This document shows, piece after piece, positions 29,018-36,388 of a stretch of 64,000 nucleotides of DNA. The stretch spans positions 10,087-74,086 of the forward strand of contig CAJYVK010000135.1 of assembly GCA_913778455.1 (NCBI GenBank), written 5' to 3'. Origin of the DNA: an uncultured Hymenobacter sp. (GTDB taxonomy: Bacteria > Bacteroidota > Bacteroidia > Cytophagales > Hymenobacteraceae). The notes below the pieces were generated by a model. That model did not search any database and was not told the origin of the DNA. It saw only the letters and a program-made list of their open reading frames with translations. A program made the position numbers and the translations under genes. Positions within the stretch are counted from its first letter, which is position 1; each line of letters begins with the position of its first letter.

Positions 29018-29157
29018 ATGTAAACTTCATCTTGCAGAAACTTGTTAACCAATGCGTTGTTTTATGTAACCCTTCACCTCTGAATATTGCTAGCTGTCGC
29101 TTTCCTTCCTGGGCATAGTACCTTTGATAGTCTGCTTGCATAGCAAATTTGCGTATC

Positions 29158-29868
29158 ATGAGCCGCTTCCTGTCCCCCAACTGCCATAATTGCCCCAGCC
29201 GCCAAAGCCCGCTGATGAGCTGTTGCGTGCAGGAAGAACTGGATTTCATCGCCACTTCCAAGACGGCTCAGTTTTACCACAAGGGCCAGACTATCTTCCA
29301 GCAGGGTAGCCCCGTACTGGGGATGCACTGCATTCACCAAGGCAAGGTGAAGATGTCGAAGGTGGGCGGCGACGGCAAGGAGCACATTATGCGGCTGGTG
29401 CGCCAGGGCGATGTGATGGGCTTTCGACCGCTGCTGAGCGGCGGGCCGTACACGACCTCGGCCGTGGCGCTCGAAGACTCGGTAGTGTGCTTCGTGCCCC
29501 GGCCCGATGTGCTGCGCATTATCCAGTCCAACCGCCAGTTTGCCAACGTGCTGCTTCAGCAGATGGCCGCTGGTCTGGGCGAGGCCGAGGAGCGCCTGCT
29601 GCGCATGGCCTACAAGCCTGTACGCGAGCGCCTGGCCGAAGCCCTGATGGTAGTGCGGCGCACCTTCGGGCCAGCCAGCCCCAGCAGCGTGCCTTTCAGT
29701 ACGGCCATCTCGCGCGACGACCTGGCTGCGCTGGTCGGCACGGCCAAGGAAACCGTAAGCCGGCTGCTGACCGAGTACAAGGATGAGGGCATCATCACTA
29801 CCCGGGGGAGCCAAATAACCATCCTGAGCGAAGAAAGGCTGGTAGCCATTTCTACGCGCTACGATTAA
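29158..29868 (+). CDS. Crp/Fnr-family transcriptional regulator with N-terminal Cys cluster
   Basis: cNMP-binding-like beta-barrel plus C-terminal HTH (RDDLAALVGTAKETVSRLL). The N-terminus is MSRFLSPNCHNCPSRQSPLMSCC. The ATG at 29158 is preferred over the TTG at 29149. Confidence 0.9.
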   Translation: MSRFLSPNCHNCPSRQSPLMSCCVQEELDFIATSKTAQFYHKGQTIFQQGSPVLGMHCIHQGKVKMSKVGGDGKEHIMRLVRQGDVMGFRPLLSGGPYTTSAVALEDSVVCFVPRPDVLRIIQSNRQFANVLLQQMAAGLGEAEERLLRMAYKPVRERLAEALMVVRRTFGPASPSSVPFSTAISRDDLAALVGTAKETVSRLLTEYKDEGIITTRGSQITILSEERLVAISTRYD

Positions 29869-29888
29869 GGGGCGCAGCTATTCAGTAG

Positions 29889-30688
29889 CTAGGACGTGTT
29901 AACAGTGATTGGTAACTTGCGGGATGGAAAATATGCTCACGGATGCGCAATGGGCGCGGCTAGCGCCACTCTTGCCGGGTCGGGAAGGCACGAGCGGCGG
30001 GCGCGGGCGCAACAACCGCCAATTCGTGGAGGCCGTGTTGTGGCTGGCCCGCAACGGGGCCCGGTGGCGGGCCCTGCCGCCGGAGCGGGGCAACTGGCAC
30101 ACGACCTACACGCGCTTCCAGCGCTGGGCCGCCTCGGGCGTGTGGCAACGCGTGTTCGAGGCTGTGCAGGACGAAGCGGCCCTGCACACGCTGCTGGTCG
30201 ATTCGACCACCGTGCGGGCGCACCAGCACGCGGCCGGGGCGCGCAAAAAAACGGACCGCAGGCCCTGGGACGCAGCCGCGGCGGGCTGAGCTGCAAGCTG
30301 CACGCCGTGGCCGACGCCCGCGGCCGGCCCGTGCGTTGCTGCCTCACGGCCGGCCAGCGCCACGATGCCCCGCACGCCTTGCCCCTGCTCGAGGGCCTGG
30401 CCCCGGCCCACCTGATTGCCGACCGGGGCTACGATTCGGACCCGCTGGTGGCTGCCCTGGCTGCCCGCGGCACCGTGGCCGTGATTCCGCCTCGCCGCAA
30501 GCGGCGCCACCCGCGGCCTTACGACCCGGCCCGCTACGCCCAGCGACACCCCGTTGAGCGGCTCTTCTGTCGCCTCAAACAGTTTCGACGCGTGGCCACC
30601 CGTTACGACAAGCTGGACCGGCATTTTCTGGCTTTCATTCACTTGGCTGCAACCGTCCTTTGGCTGCGTGACTGTTAACACTTCCTAG
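29889..30688 (+). mobile_element. IS5-family insertion sequence (IS427/IS1031-like, about 0.8 kb)
   Basis: Imperfect terminal inverted repeats: CTAGGACGTGTTAACAGTGA (left) and the reverse complement of the right end, CTAGGAAGTGTTAACAGTCA. Two overlapping transposase frames. Exact ends and the target duplication (TA within CTAG?) are not resolved. Confidence 0.85.
29924..30678 (+). CDS. IS5-family DDE transposase produced by -1 programmed frameshift at A7 (30245-30251)
   Basis: OrfA (MLTDAQWARLAPLLPG..., DUF4096-like) ends at 30289. The -1 frame continues NGPQALGRSRGGLSCKLHAV...DRGYDSD...RYDKLDRHFLAFIHLAA (DDE_Tnp_1). The slippery run is CGC AAA AAA ACG. Confidence 0.85.
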
Positions 30689-30696
30689 TTCATTCC

Positions 30697-30738
30697 AAAG
30701 CCAACGTCCAGTTTTGAAACTGGACGTTGGCTTTTTTT
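30697..30738 (+). terminator. Intrinsic terminator, probably the original crp/fnr terminator displaced by the IS
   Basis: AAAGCCAACGTCCAGTT...AACTGGACGTTGGCTTT followed by TTTT, starting 9 nt after the IS right end. Confidence 0.8.
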
Positions 30739-31001
30739 GTGCAATTTGGAGAGTAGGCGCGGGGAAGGTCCAAATGTGAGAAAAAGAGGTAAAATCTGGA
30801 AACAAAAATTACTAAAATAATCCAAAATTATGTAGACAATGAAAAATGGATTTTGATAAAAATCAGGAAAAAAAGTGACGCAGGTCATTTTTTTAATTTG
30901 TTCTTAAGTTGAGTTTTGTAGCAAGTAATCAGTGTAGTTAGCCGGTTCAGTGGTGGAGTAAATGATGCCCCAACCTGAGTTTAGTAATTTTCGTTAAAAA
31001 T

Positions 31002-31009
31002 TATTTTTG
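31002..31009 (+). promoter_or_regulatory. Candidate -7 box (TATTTTTG) upstream of the roadblock-like cluster
   Basis: TAnnTTTG match in the strongly AT-rich 30.74-31.10 kb region, about 95 nt upstream of the ATG at 31104. Confidence 0.25.
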
Positions 31010-31103
31010 TCCAATTAAAGTGGTTTTCTGCTTAGGCTCGGTTGAGCTTAAAAAACTTGATTAGCTGCGTCCGACTGGGCAATGATAATCCCGCCTGAGT
31101 GCT

Positions 31104-31553
31104 ATGAACTTGACCTTTTTACGCTATCTGCCCGGCCTGGGCGGCCCGCCCGTTCGGCAGGTAGTACCGGGTCCTGGCTCGGCTAGCGGTCCGGCTCCGG
31201 CCGCCCTGCACTACCTACTGGCTGAGTTACCCGAACTACTGTTCGCCGCCGTGCTTGACTTGTCTTCCGGCCAACTACTAGCTACCTACGCCGCCGACCG
31301 CGACCACCAACCCAGCCTGGTAGCGCCGGCGGTGACGGCGGCCATCCGGCAGGCAGCCTTGCTCAGCCAAGAGCCCGCCGAAGAGCTGACCGAACTGCTG
31401 CTCACGTTGTCGAGTCAGCTGCATTTGGTACGGCTGCGGCCCGGCGGCCAGCAGGCGCTGTACCTGGCCATCGGCAGCCACGATACCAACCTGGCGCTGG
31501 CCCGCCAGGTAGCCGAAGACGCCGTACAGCTACTGGCGACCTCGATTGCCTAG
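31104..31553 (+). CDS. Roadblock/LC7-like (MglB-type fold) protein, paralogue 1 (149 aa)
   Basis: Paralogous to 32457-32837 (LLLTLSSQLHLVRLRPGGQQALYLAIGSHDTNLALARQV versus ILITLTNQLHLIKLNPAGSKFIYLVVNSRDTNLAIAREV). The fold call comes from the sequence pattern only. Confidence 0.55.
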   Translation: MNLTFLRYLPGLGGPPVRQVVPGPGSASGPAPAALHYLLAELPELLFAAVLDLSSGQLLATYAADRDHQPSLVAPAVTAAIRQAALLSQEPAEELTELLLTLSSQLHLVRLRPGGQQALYLAIGSHDTNLALARQVAEDAVQLLATSIA

Positions 31554-31609
31554 TACTTGATTGATTTCCAGTTATTTTCTTCCTCACCCACTCTCCCCCT
31601 TCTTTTTTT

Positions 31610-32290
31610 ATGAAGCTCACGGCTACCCCTTTCGACCCCCAAACCGGCGAGTTGTTGCCCGTCTACCGCGACGCTTACCTGCGCGGTGACCTCGCCCGCG
31701 CCTCGGCCCAGGCCGTGGAAGCCTACCTGCACCGCGACGCTGGCCAGGCGCACACCACCGTGACGCGCTGGCACCAGCTGCAAGCCACCGATGCTCCGGC
31801 CGCCGCGCCCACTTGGGTACGGAAGCAGGTGCAGTTCATCCGCGAGCAGCCGCAGCGCTTTCGTCGCCGCGCCCTCAGTTTCGTGACGGTAGCGGCATTG
31901 CTGGCTGGCGTGAGCATGGCTGCTACCAACCGCCCCTCCGTGGTGCTGCCCCTCGCCAAGCTGCCGGTAGCCAGTGCGCTGCCCGCCGCCAGCCTTGAAG
32001 TAGCCGCCGCGGCCCCGGCCGCCGCTCGTACCGTGCTGGTGCACGGCCGCATCCTCAATGAAAAGGGCCAGCCGCTCGCCGGAGCTACCGTGCTACACAA
32101 GGGTACTACCGTGGGCACTAGTACCGATGCCCAGGGCAATTACTCGCTACGCGTGCCCGCTACTGCCCAGACCACGCTACAGTACGGCTACGGGGGCTAC
32201 ACCGAGCAGGAGGTAGCCGCCAGCCACGCCGGGACTACCGTTACCCTCCAGCCCAAGCCGGCTAAGCGTCACCGCTGGCTGTTTTTCTAG
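31610..32290 (+). CDS. Single-pass membrane protein: Cys-less anti-sigma-like N-domain, TM helix, CarboxypepD_reg-like C-domain (226 aa)
   Basis: N-terminal YLRGDLARASAQAVEAYLHRD resembles the zf-HC2 motif of 16837-17994 without its Cys. TM is LSFVTVAALLAGVSMAA. The C-terminus is VLVHGRILNEKGQPLAGATVL...DAQGNYSLRVP. Confidence 0.6.
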   Translation: MKLTATPFDPQTGELLPVYRDAYLRGDLARASAQAVEAYLHRDAGQAHTTVTRWHQLQATDAPAAAPTWVRKQVQFIREQPQRFRRRALSFVTVAALLAGVSMAATNRPSVVLPLAKLPVASALPAASLEVAAAAPAAARTVLVHGRILNEKGQPLAGATVLHKGTTVGTSTDAQGNYSLRVPATAQTTLQYGYGGYTEQEVAASHAGTTVTLQPKPAKRHRWLFF

Positions 32291-32456
32291 AGTGTGCGGC
32301 GGGGGTAGGCTACGCTGCCCCCGCTGCCGCAAACGCGCAGTGAAATCAAACACCTCGCGGCGGCGTGCCAGCCGCCAGTTTCGGGTGGCCGCGCGGCAGC
32401 AGCAAGCTGCCCTGGCGTCGCCCATTCTTCCCACTTCCCCCTCTTCTCCAGCCACT

Positions 32457-32837
32457 ATGGCTTACTCTAAAAATACGCCCGCCGGGCAAGCCGTCGAAGG
32501 CATTATCACTGACCTGCCGGGCCTGATGGCCGTGGCCGTGGTTGACGTAAGCTCGGGCATGGCCCTGGCCTCGCACTCCAACTCGCCGAGCATCAACCCC
32601 GAAACGGCCGCCGCCTACAATACCGAGGTGGTGAAGCAAAAACAGAAGGCCATGCAGGCCCTCAAGCTTCAGGGCGAAACGATTGAGGACATCCTCATCA
32701 CCCTGACCAACCAGCTGCACCTTATTAAGCTCAATCCCGCCGGCTCCAAGTTTATCTACCTCGTAGTGAACTCCCGCGATACCAACCTGGCCATTGCCCG
32801 CGAGGTGCTGCGTGGGCACGCGACGAGCATCAACTAG
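32457..32837 (+). CDS. Roadblock/LC7-like protein, paralogue 2 (126 aa)
   Basis: ATG at 32457 (MAYSKNTPAGQAVEGIITDLPGLMAVAVVDVSSGMALAS...). The ORF-track start at 32292 is an Arg-rich extension. Confidence 0.65.
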   Translation: MAYSKNTPAGQAVEGIITDLPGLMAVAVVDVSSGMALASHSNSPSINPETAAAYNTEVVKQKQKAMQALKLQGETIEDILITLTNQLHLIKLNPAGSKFIYLVVNSRDTNLAIAREVLRGHATSIN

Positions 32838-32865
32838 CGCCCGGCTTTGGCTGGCTAGCAGTGCG

Positions 32866-32898
32866 AGCCCTTCCGGCCTTCGGGCCGGGAGGGCTTTT
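32866..32898 (+). terminator. Intrinsic terminator of the three-gene cluster
   Basis: AGCCCTTCCGGCC-ttcg-GGCCGGGAGGGCT followed by TTT. Confidence 0.75.
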
Positions 32899-32945
32899 GC
32901 ACGTGGGGCCGGGGTAGGAGCGGGACAGTTTTATCTTCGCCCGCG

Positions 32946-33530
32946 ATGAAACGTGCTGTTTTGATGGGCTACCTGAGCAGCCTGCTGGCTGGGTGCGAGC
33001 CGCCCGCCCCGCAGCGAGTGGCGACCCCGCCGGCTGCCCATATCGCCCCGCCACCCGCCGCCCGGGTGGCCGTGCCGAAAGACGCCATTCAGGGCGATTT
33101 CGACGGCGATGGCACCCCCGAATACGTGTGGCTGGTGCCGCCCGCCATCGACTCAACCGGCGAAGACTGCGTGGGCAGCTGCGTGAGCTACCTCACCTCC
33201 TCTAACCCCCGGCTGCGTCCCTACGCGCTCAAGCAGTCCATCGGCGGCGAGTTGACGAAGTTTACTGGTCTCGGGCCTGGCCGGCGCGACTATCTGGGTA
33301 TTCTACCCCAGTGGTTTACGAGCTGCTGGGCCAGCTACTACGTGCTTACGTATCAGCCTGGGGGCTGGGGAGAAGCCGTGCCGGCGTTCTCTACGCACTG
33401 CAATCAGTGGGAAGACAGGGTAGTGCCCATTGCGCCCGATAGTGCGCACCCGGGCCACGTCATTGTCCGCTACAGTGAGTTTAGCAACGACTCCATTCTA
33501 GTTAAGGCTAAGTCGGTGCCGTTGAAATAG
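32946..33530 (+). CDS. Hypothetical lipoprotein with an FG-GAP/VCBS-like DxDxDG motif (194 aa)
   Basis: Lipobox LSSLLAGC and the motif GDFDGDGTPEYVWL. No further family assignment. Confidence 0.6.
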   Translation: MKRAVLMGYLSSLLAGCEPPAPQRVATPPAAHIAPPPAARVAVPKDAIQGDFDGDGTPEYVWLVPPAIDSTGEDCVGSCVSYLTSSNPRLRPYALKQSIGGELTKFTGLGPGRRDYLGILPQWFTSCWASYYVLTYQPGGWGEAVPAFSTHCNQWEDRVVPIAPDSAHPGHVIVRYSEFSNDSILVKAKSVPLK

Positions 33531-33541
33531 TAGGCTGTACC

Positions 33542-33709
33542 GCGGACTCTGTGAGTCCGCGGCCGTCTGGCAGCGTACGGCCGCAGACTCACAGAGTCCA
33601 CGCTACAGCCCGTGGCCATCTGGTAGCATATGGCCGCGGACTCACAGAGTCCACGCTACAGCCCGCGGCCATCATCTGGTAGCGTGAGGCTGCGGACTAC
33701 AAAGTCCGC
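33542..33709. repeat. Array of four REP-like palindromes (GCGGACTCTGTGAGTCCGC, GCAGACTCACAGAGTCCAC, GCGGACTCACAGAGTCCAC, GCGGACTACAAAGTCCGC), including an approximately 52-nt tandem duplication
   Basis: Copies at 33542-33560, 33583-33601, 33637-33655 and 33692-33709. The unit ...GGCCGCrGACTCACAGAGTCCACGCTACAGCCCGyGGCCATC..TGGTAGC occurs twice. Confidence 0.85.
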
Positions 33710-33782
33710 GCTACAGTTTGCAGCCGTTTGGGTCAGCTTTTCGTTTAAGCGTCAAATCGATTTCCTGAACCCTGCCTTTTCC

Positions 33783-34301
33783 ATGACTGCCACCAAAACC
33801 TCTGCCCCGGCCGCGCCCCGCGCCGCCAAGTTCTGGCCCGCGTTGGGCTTCGCGGCCCTCACCGGCTCCCGCGCCACCAGCGGCCCCACTTTTCTCAGCA
33901 GCTACCTCTCGCAGCGGGCGCTGGCCCCCGGCCTGGCGGGCTCGCCTTTGCGTTTGCTAGCTAAGCCCGGCGTGGCCAGCCTGCTCAAAGTATTGACGGC
34001 CGGCGAGCTGGTGGGTGATAAGCTGCCCAATACCCCCGACCGCATCGTGCCGCAGCAGCTCACGACCCGGGCCGCCTCGGGGGCGCTGGTGGGTGCCACC
34101 TGGTACAAGGCGCAGGGCGGCAGCGCCGTCACGGGGGCGCTGGTGGGCGGCCTGGGGGCCGTGGCCGCCACGTTCCTGACCTTCTACCTCCGCAAGGGCA
34201 TCAGCCAGAAAACCGGCCTCGACATCGCCACCGTGGGGGCGGGCGAAGATGCGCTGGTAATGGCCGGCGGTGTAGCCCTTTCGCCCCGCCCTAAGCAGTA
34301 G
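33783..34301 (+). CDS. DUF4126-like Gly/Ala-rich membrane protein (172 aa)
   Basis: ATG at 33783 (MTATKTSAPAAPRAAKFWPALGFAALTGSRA...). The ORF-track start at 33630 reads through the REP array. Confidence 0.6.
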   Translation: MTATKTSAPAAPRAAKFWPALGFAALTGSRATSGPTFLSSYLSQRALAPGLAGSPLRLLAKPGVASLLKVLTAGELVGDKLPNTPDRIVPQQLTTRAASGALVGATWYKAQGGSAVTGALVGGLGAVAATFLTFYLRKGISQKTGLDIATVGAGEDALVMAGGVALSPRPKQ

Positions 34302-34404
34302 CCGCTTACTTGGCGAAAAAGCGCGGGTGTCGGGGGCGAGCCGCCCGCGGCACCCGCGTATCTTTGTCGGAACCAACCGGCGGTTTGAGCCTGTTTTCGT
34401 TCCT

Positions 34405-35811
34405 ATGAATCAATACGACGTTACCGTCATCGGCTCGGGGCCGGGCGGCTATGTGGCTGCCATTCGCTGCGCCCAGCTGGGCTTCAAAACGGCCCTCATC
34501 GAGAAGTATCCCACCCTGGGCGGCACCTGCCTCAACGTGGGTTGCATTCCGAGCAAGGCCCTGCTCGACAGCACCGAGCACTACCATAATGCCCACACCA
34601 CCTTCAAGGAGCACGGCATTGAGCTGGAAAACCTGGCGGTGAACATGAACCAGATGATCGACCGTAAAAACGGCGTCGTGAAGGCCAACGTGGACGGTAT
34701 CGCCTACCTGATGAAGAAAAACAAAATCGACGTGCTCAAGGGCGTCGGTTCGTTTGTCGATAAAAACCACCTCAGCATCGCGCCCACCGAGGGCGGCGAG
34801 GCGCAGCAGATTGAAACCAAGAACGTCATCATCGCTACCGGCTCCAAGCCCACGGTGCTGCCGTTCATCCAGCAGGACAAGCAGCGCATCATTACCAGCA
34901 CTGAGGCGCTGAACATCCGCGAGGTGCCCAAGCACCTCATCGTGATTGGCGGCGGCGTGATCGGCCTCGAAATGGCGTCGGTGTACGCCCGCGTGGGTGC
35001 CAAAGTGAGCGTGGTCGAGTTTACCGACAGCCTCATCCCCACGATGGACCTCGCGCTGGGCAAGGAGCTGAAGCGCATCCTGGGTAAAATCGGCATTCAG
35101 TTCTACCTCGGCCACAAGGTGACGAGCGCCACCCGCGAGGGCGACGCCGTAACCGTGACCGCCACCACGCCCAAGGGTGAGGAGCTGAAGCTGGAGGGCG
35201 ACTACTGCCTCGTAGCCGTGGGCCGCGCCCCTTACACGGCTGGCCTCAACCTCGAAGCTGCCGGCGTCGAAATGGAAGAGCGAGGCCGCATCAAGGTCGA
35301 TGCCCACCTGCAAACCAACGTGCCCGGCATCTACGCCATCGGCGACGTGGTGCGCGGGGCCATGCTGGCCCACAAGGCCGAAGAAGAAGGCGTATTCGTG
35401 GCCGAAACTATTGCCGGCCAAAAGCCGCACGTTAATTATCTGCTCATTCCCGGGGTGGTGTACACCTGGCCCGAGGTGGCTGGCGTGGGCTTCACCGAGG
35501 AGCAGCTCAAGCAAGAGGGCCGCGCCTATAAAACCGGCTCATTCCCCTTCAAGGCCAGCGGCCGCGCCCGCGCCAGCATGGACACCGACGGCTTCGTGAA
35601 AGTGCTGGCCGACAAGACCACCGACGAAATTCTGGGCGTGCACATGATCGGCCCGCGCATCGCCGACCTCATCGCCGAGGCCGTGACCGCGATGGAATTC
35701 CGCGCCTCCGCCGAGGACGTGGCCCGCATGAGCCACGCCCACCCCACCTACGCCGAGGCCATGAAAGAGGCCTGCCTGGCGGCTACGGAGAACCGGGCGA
35801 TTCACATGTAA
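34405..35811 (+). CDS. lpdA: Dihydrolipoyl dehydrogenase (E3)
   Basis: ATG at 34405 (MNQYDVTVIGSGPGGYVAA), redox-active GGTCLNVGCIPSK, NAD site GGGVIGLE, C-terminal HAHPT. Confidence 0.97.
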   Translation: MNQYDVTVIGSGPGGYVAAIRCAQLGFKTALIEKYPTLGGTCLNVGCIPSKALLDSTEHYHNAHTTFKEHGIELENLAVNMNQMIDRKNGVVKANVDGIAYLMKKNKIDVLKGVGSFVDKNHLSIAPTEGGEAQQIETKNVIIATGSKPTVLPFIQQDKQRIITSTEALNIREVPKHLIVIGGGVIGLEMASVYARVGAKVSVVEFTDSLIPTMDLALGKELKRILGKIGIQFYLGHKVTSATREGDAVTVTATTPKGEELKLEGDYCLVAVGRAPYTAGLNLEAAGVEMEERGRIKVDAHLQTNVPGIYAIGDVVRGAMLAHKAEEEGVFVAETIAGQKPHVNYLLIPGVVYTWPEVAGVGFTEEQLKQEGRAYKTGSFPFKASGRARASMDTDGFVKVLADKTTDEILGVHMIGPRIADLIAEAVTAMEFRASAEDVARMSHAHPTYAEAMKEACLAATENRAIHM

Positions 35812-35830
35812 TTCAGAGATATTACTACTA

Positions 35831-35878
35831 AATAAACGGCCGAAGCTGCTTGATGGCAGTTTCGGCCGTTTATTTTTT
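35831..35878. terminator. Bidirectional terminator between lpdA and the convergent 117-aa gene
   Basis: AATAAACGGCCGAA...TTCGGCCGTTTATT followed by TTTT. Confidence 0.8.
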
Positions 35879-35894
35879 ATAGTGCGTTGCCAAT

Positions 35895-36248
35895 TCACCA
35901 AGTGCGCCCCGAGGCCATTCCTTCCCCATTATTATCGATGTGGCTAAGCCCGGCGGCAGCAGCGATGGTATCAATCAAATCTATCAAGTCTTCCCGGGCA
36001 AGCGTATCAATACTGCCTGTCCATTCGTTTAAAGTGTCAATAGTCTCTTCAAAAAGAGCCACCTTTTCATCTTCCGTGCCTTCTGGGCCTAAGGTAATTA
36101 AACCAGCTATGAGGTCGTCGAATGTGGCAATCAGCTCATCGCATTCTGCTACACTCCACATATCTGAGCCATCGTCAGCCGAGAGTTTCCAACGGTCGAA
36201 GGGATAATCCTGTTTGGTAGCGATAAGTTGTTCCGCGTAGGTGCTCAT
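35895..36248 (-). CDS. Small acidic helical protein (117 aa), immunity-protein-like
   Basis: ATG ORF in a visibly AT-richer stretch, very acidic (many D/E), directly downstream of the SUFU-like gene. No family recognised. Confidence 0.5.
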   Translation of the reverse strand: MSTYAEQLIATKQDYPFDRWKLSADDGSDMWSVAECDELIATFDDLIAGLITLGPEGTEDEKVALFEETIDTLNEWTGSIDTLAREDLIDLIDTIAAAAGLSHIDNNGEGMASGRTW

Positions 36249-36388
36249 GAGGTTGTTGAAAATGTGCAGGGTGATTAAGTAAAACTATGGCCCCGGGAGT
36301 GTCATCACGCGCGGCATACCAACATTAATCTTTCGCCATTGTCACGGTTAGCTGCCATCAGCTACGCCAAGTTGCTTTGGTCCCTGCC

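Noticed and set aside
30685-30888. 67-aa minus-strand ORF in the AT-rich block
   Set aside because: It is Phe/Ile/Leu/Asn-rich, as expected from random AT-rich sequence. It overlaps the terminator hairpin and shows no start context or family resemblance.
33542-33709. Possible CRISPR array (regularly spaced short palindromic repeats)
   Set aside because: The repeats are only 18-19 nt. The spacers are themselves repeated (an approximately 52-nt tandem duplication) and the same palindrome occurs dispersed as pairs at 6.8 and 10.0 kb. No cas genes are present. This is a REP/BIME-like family, not CRISPR.
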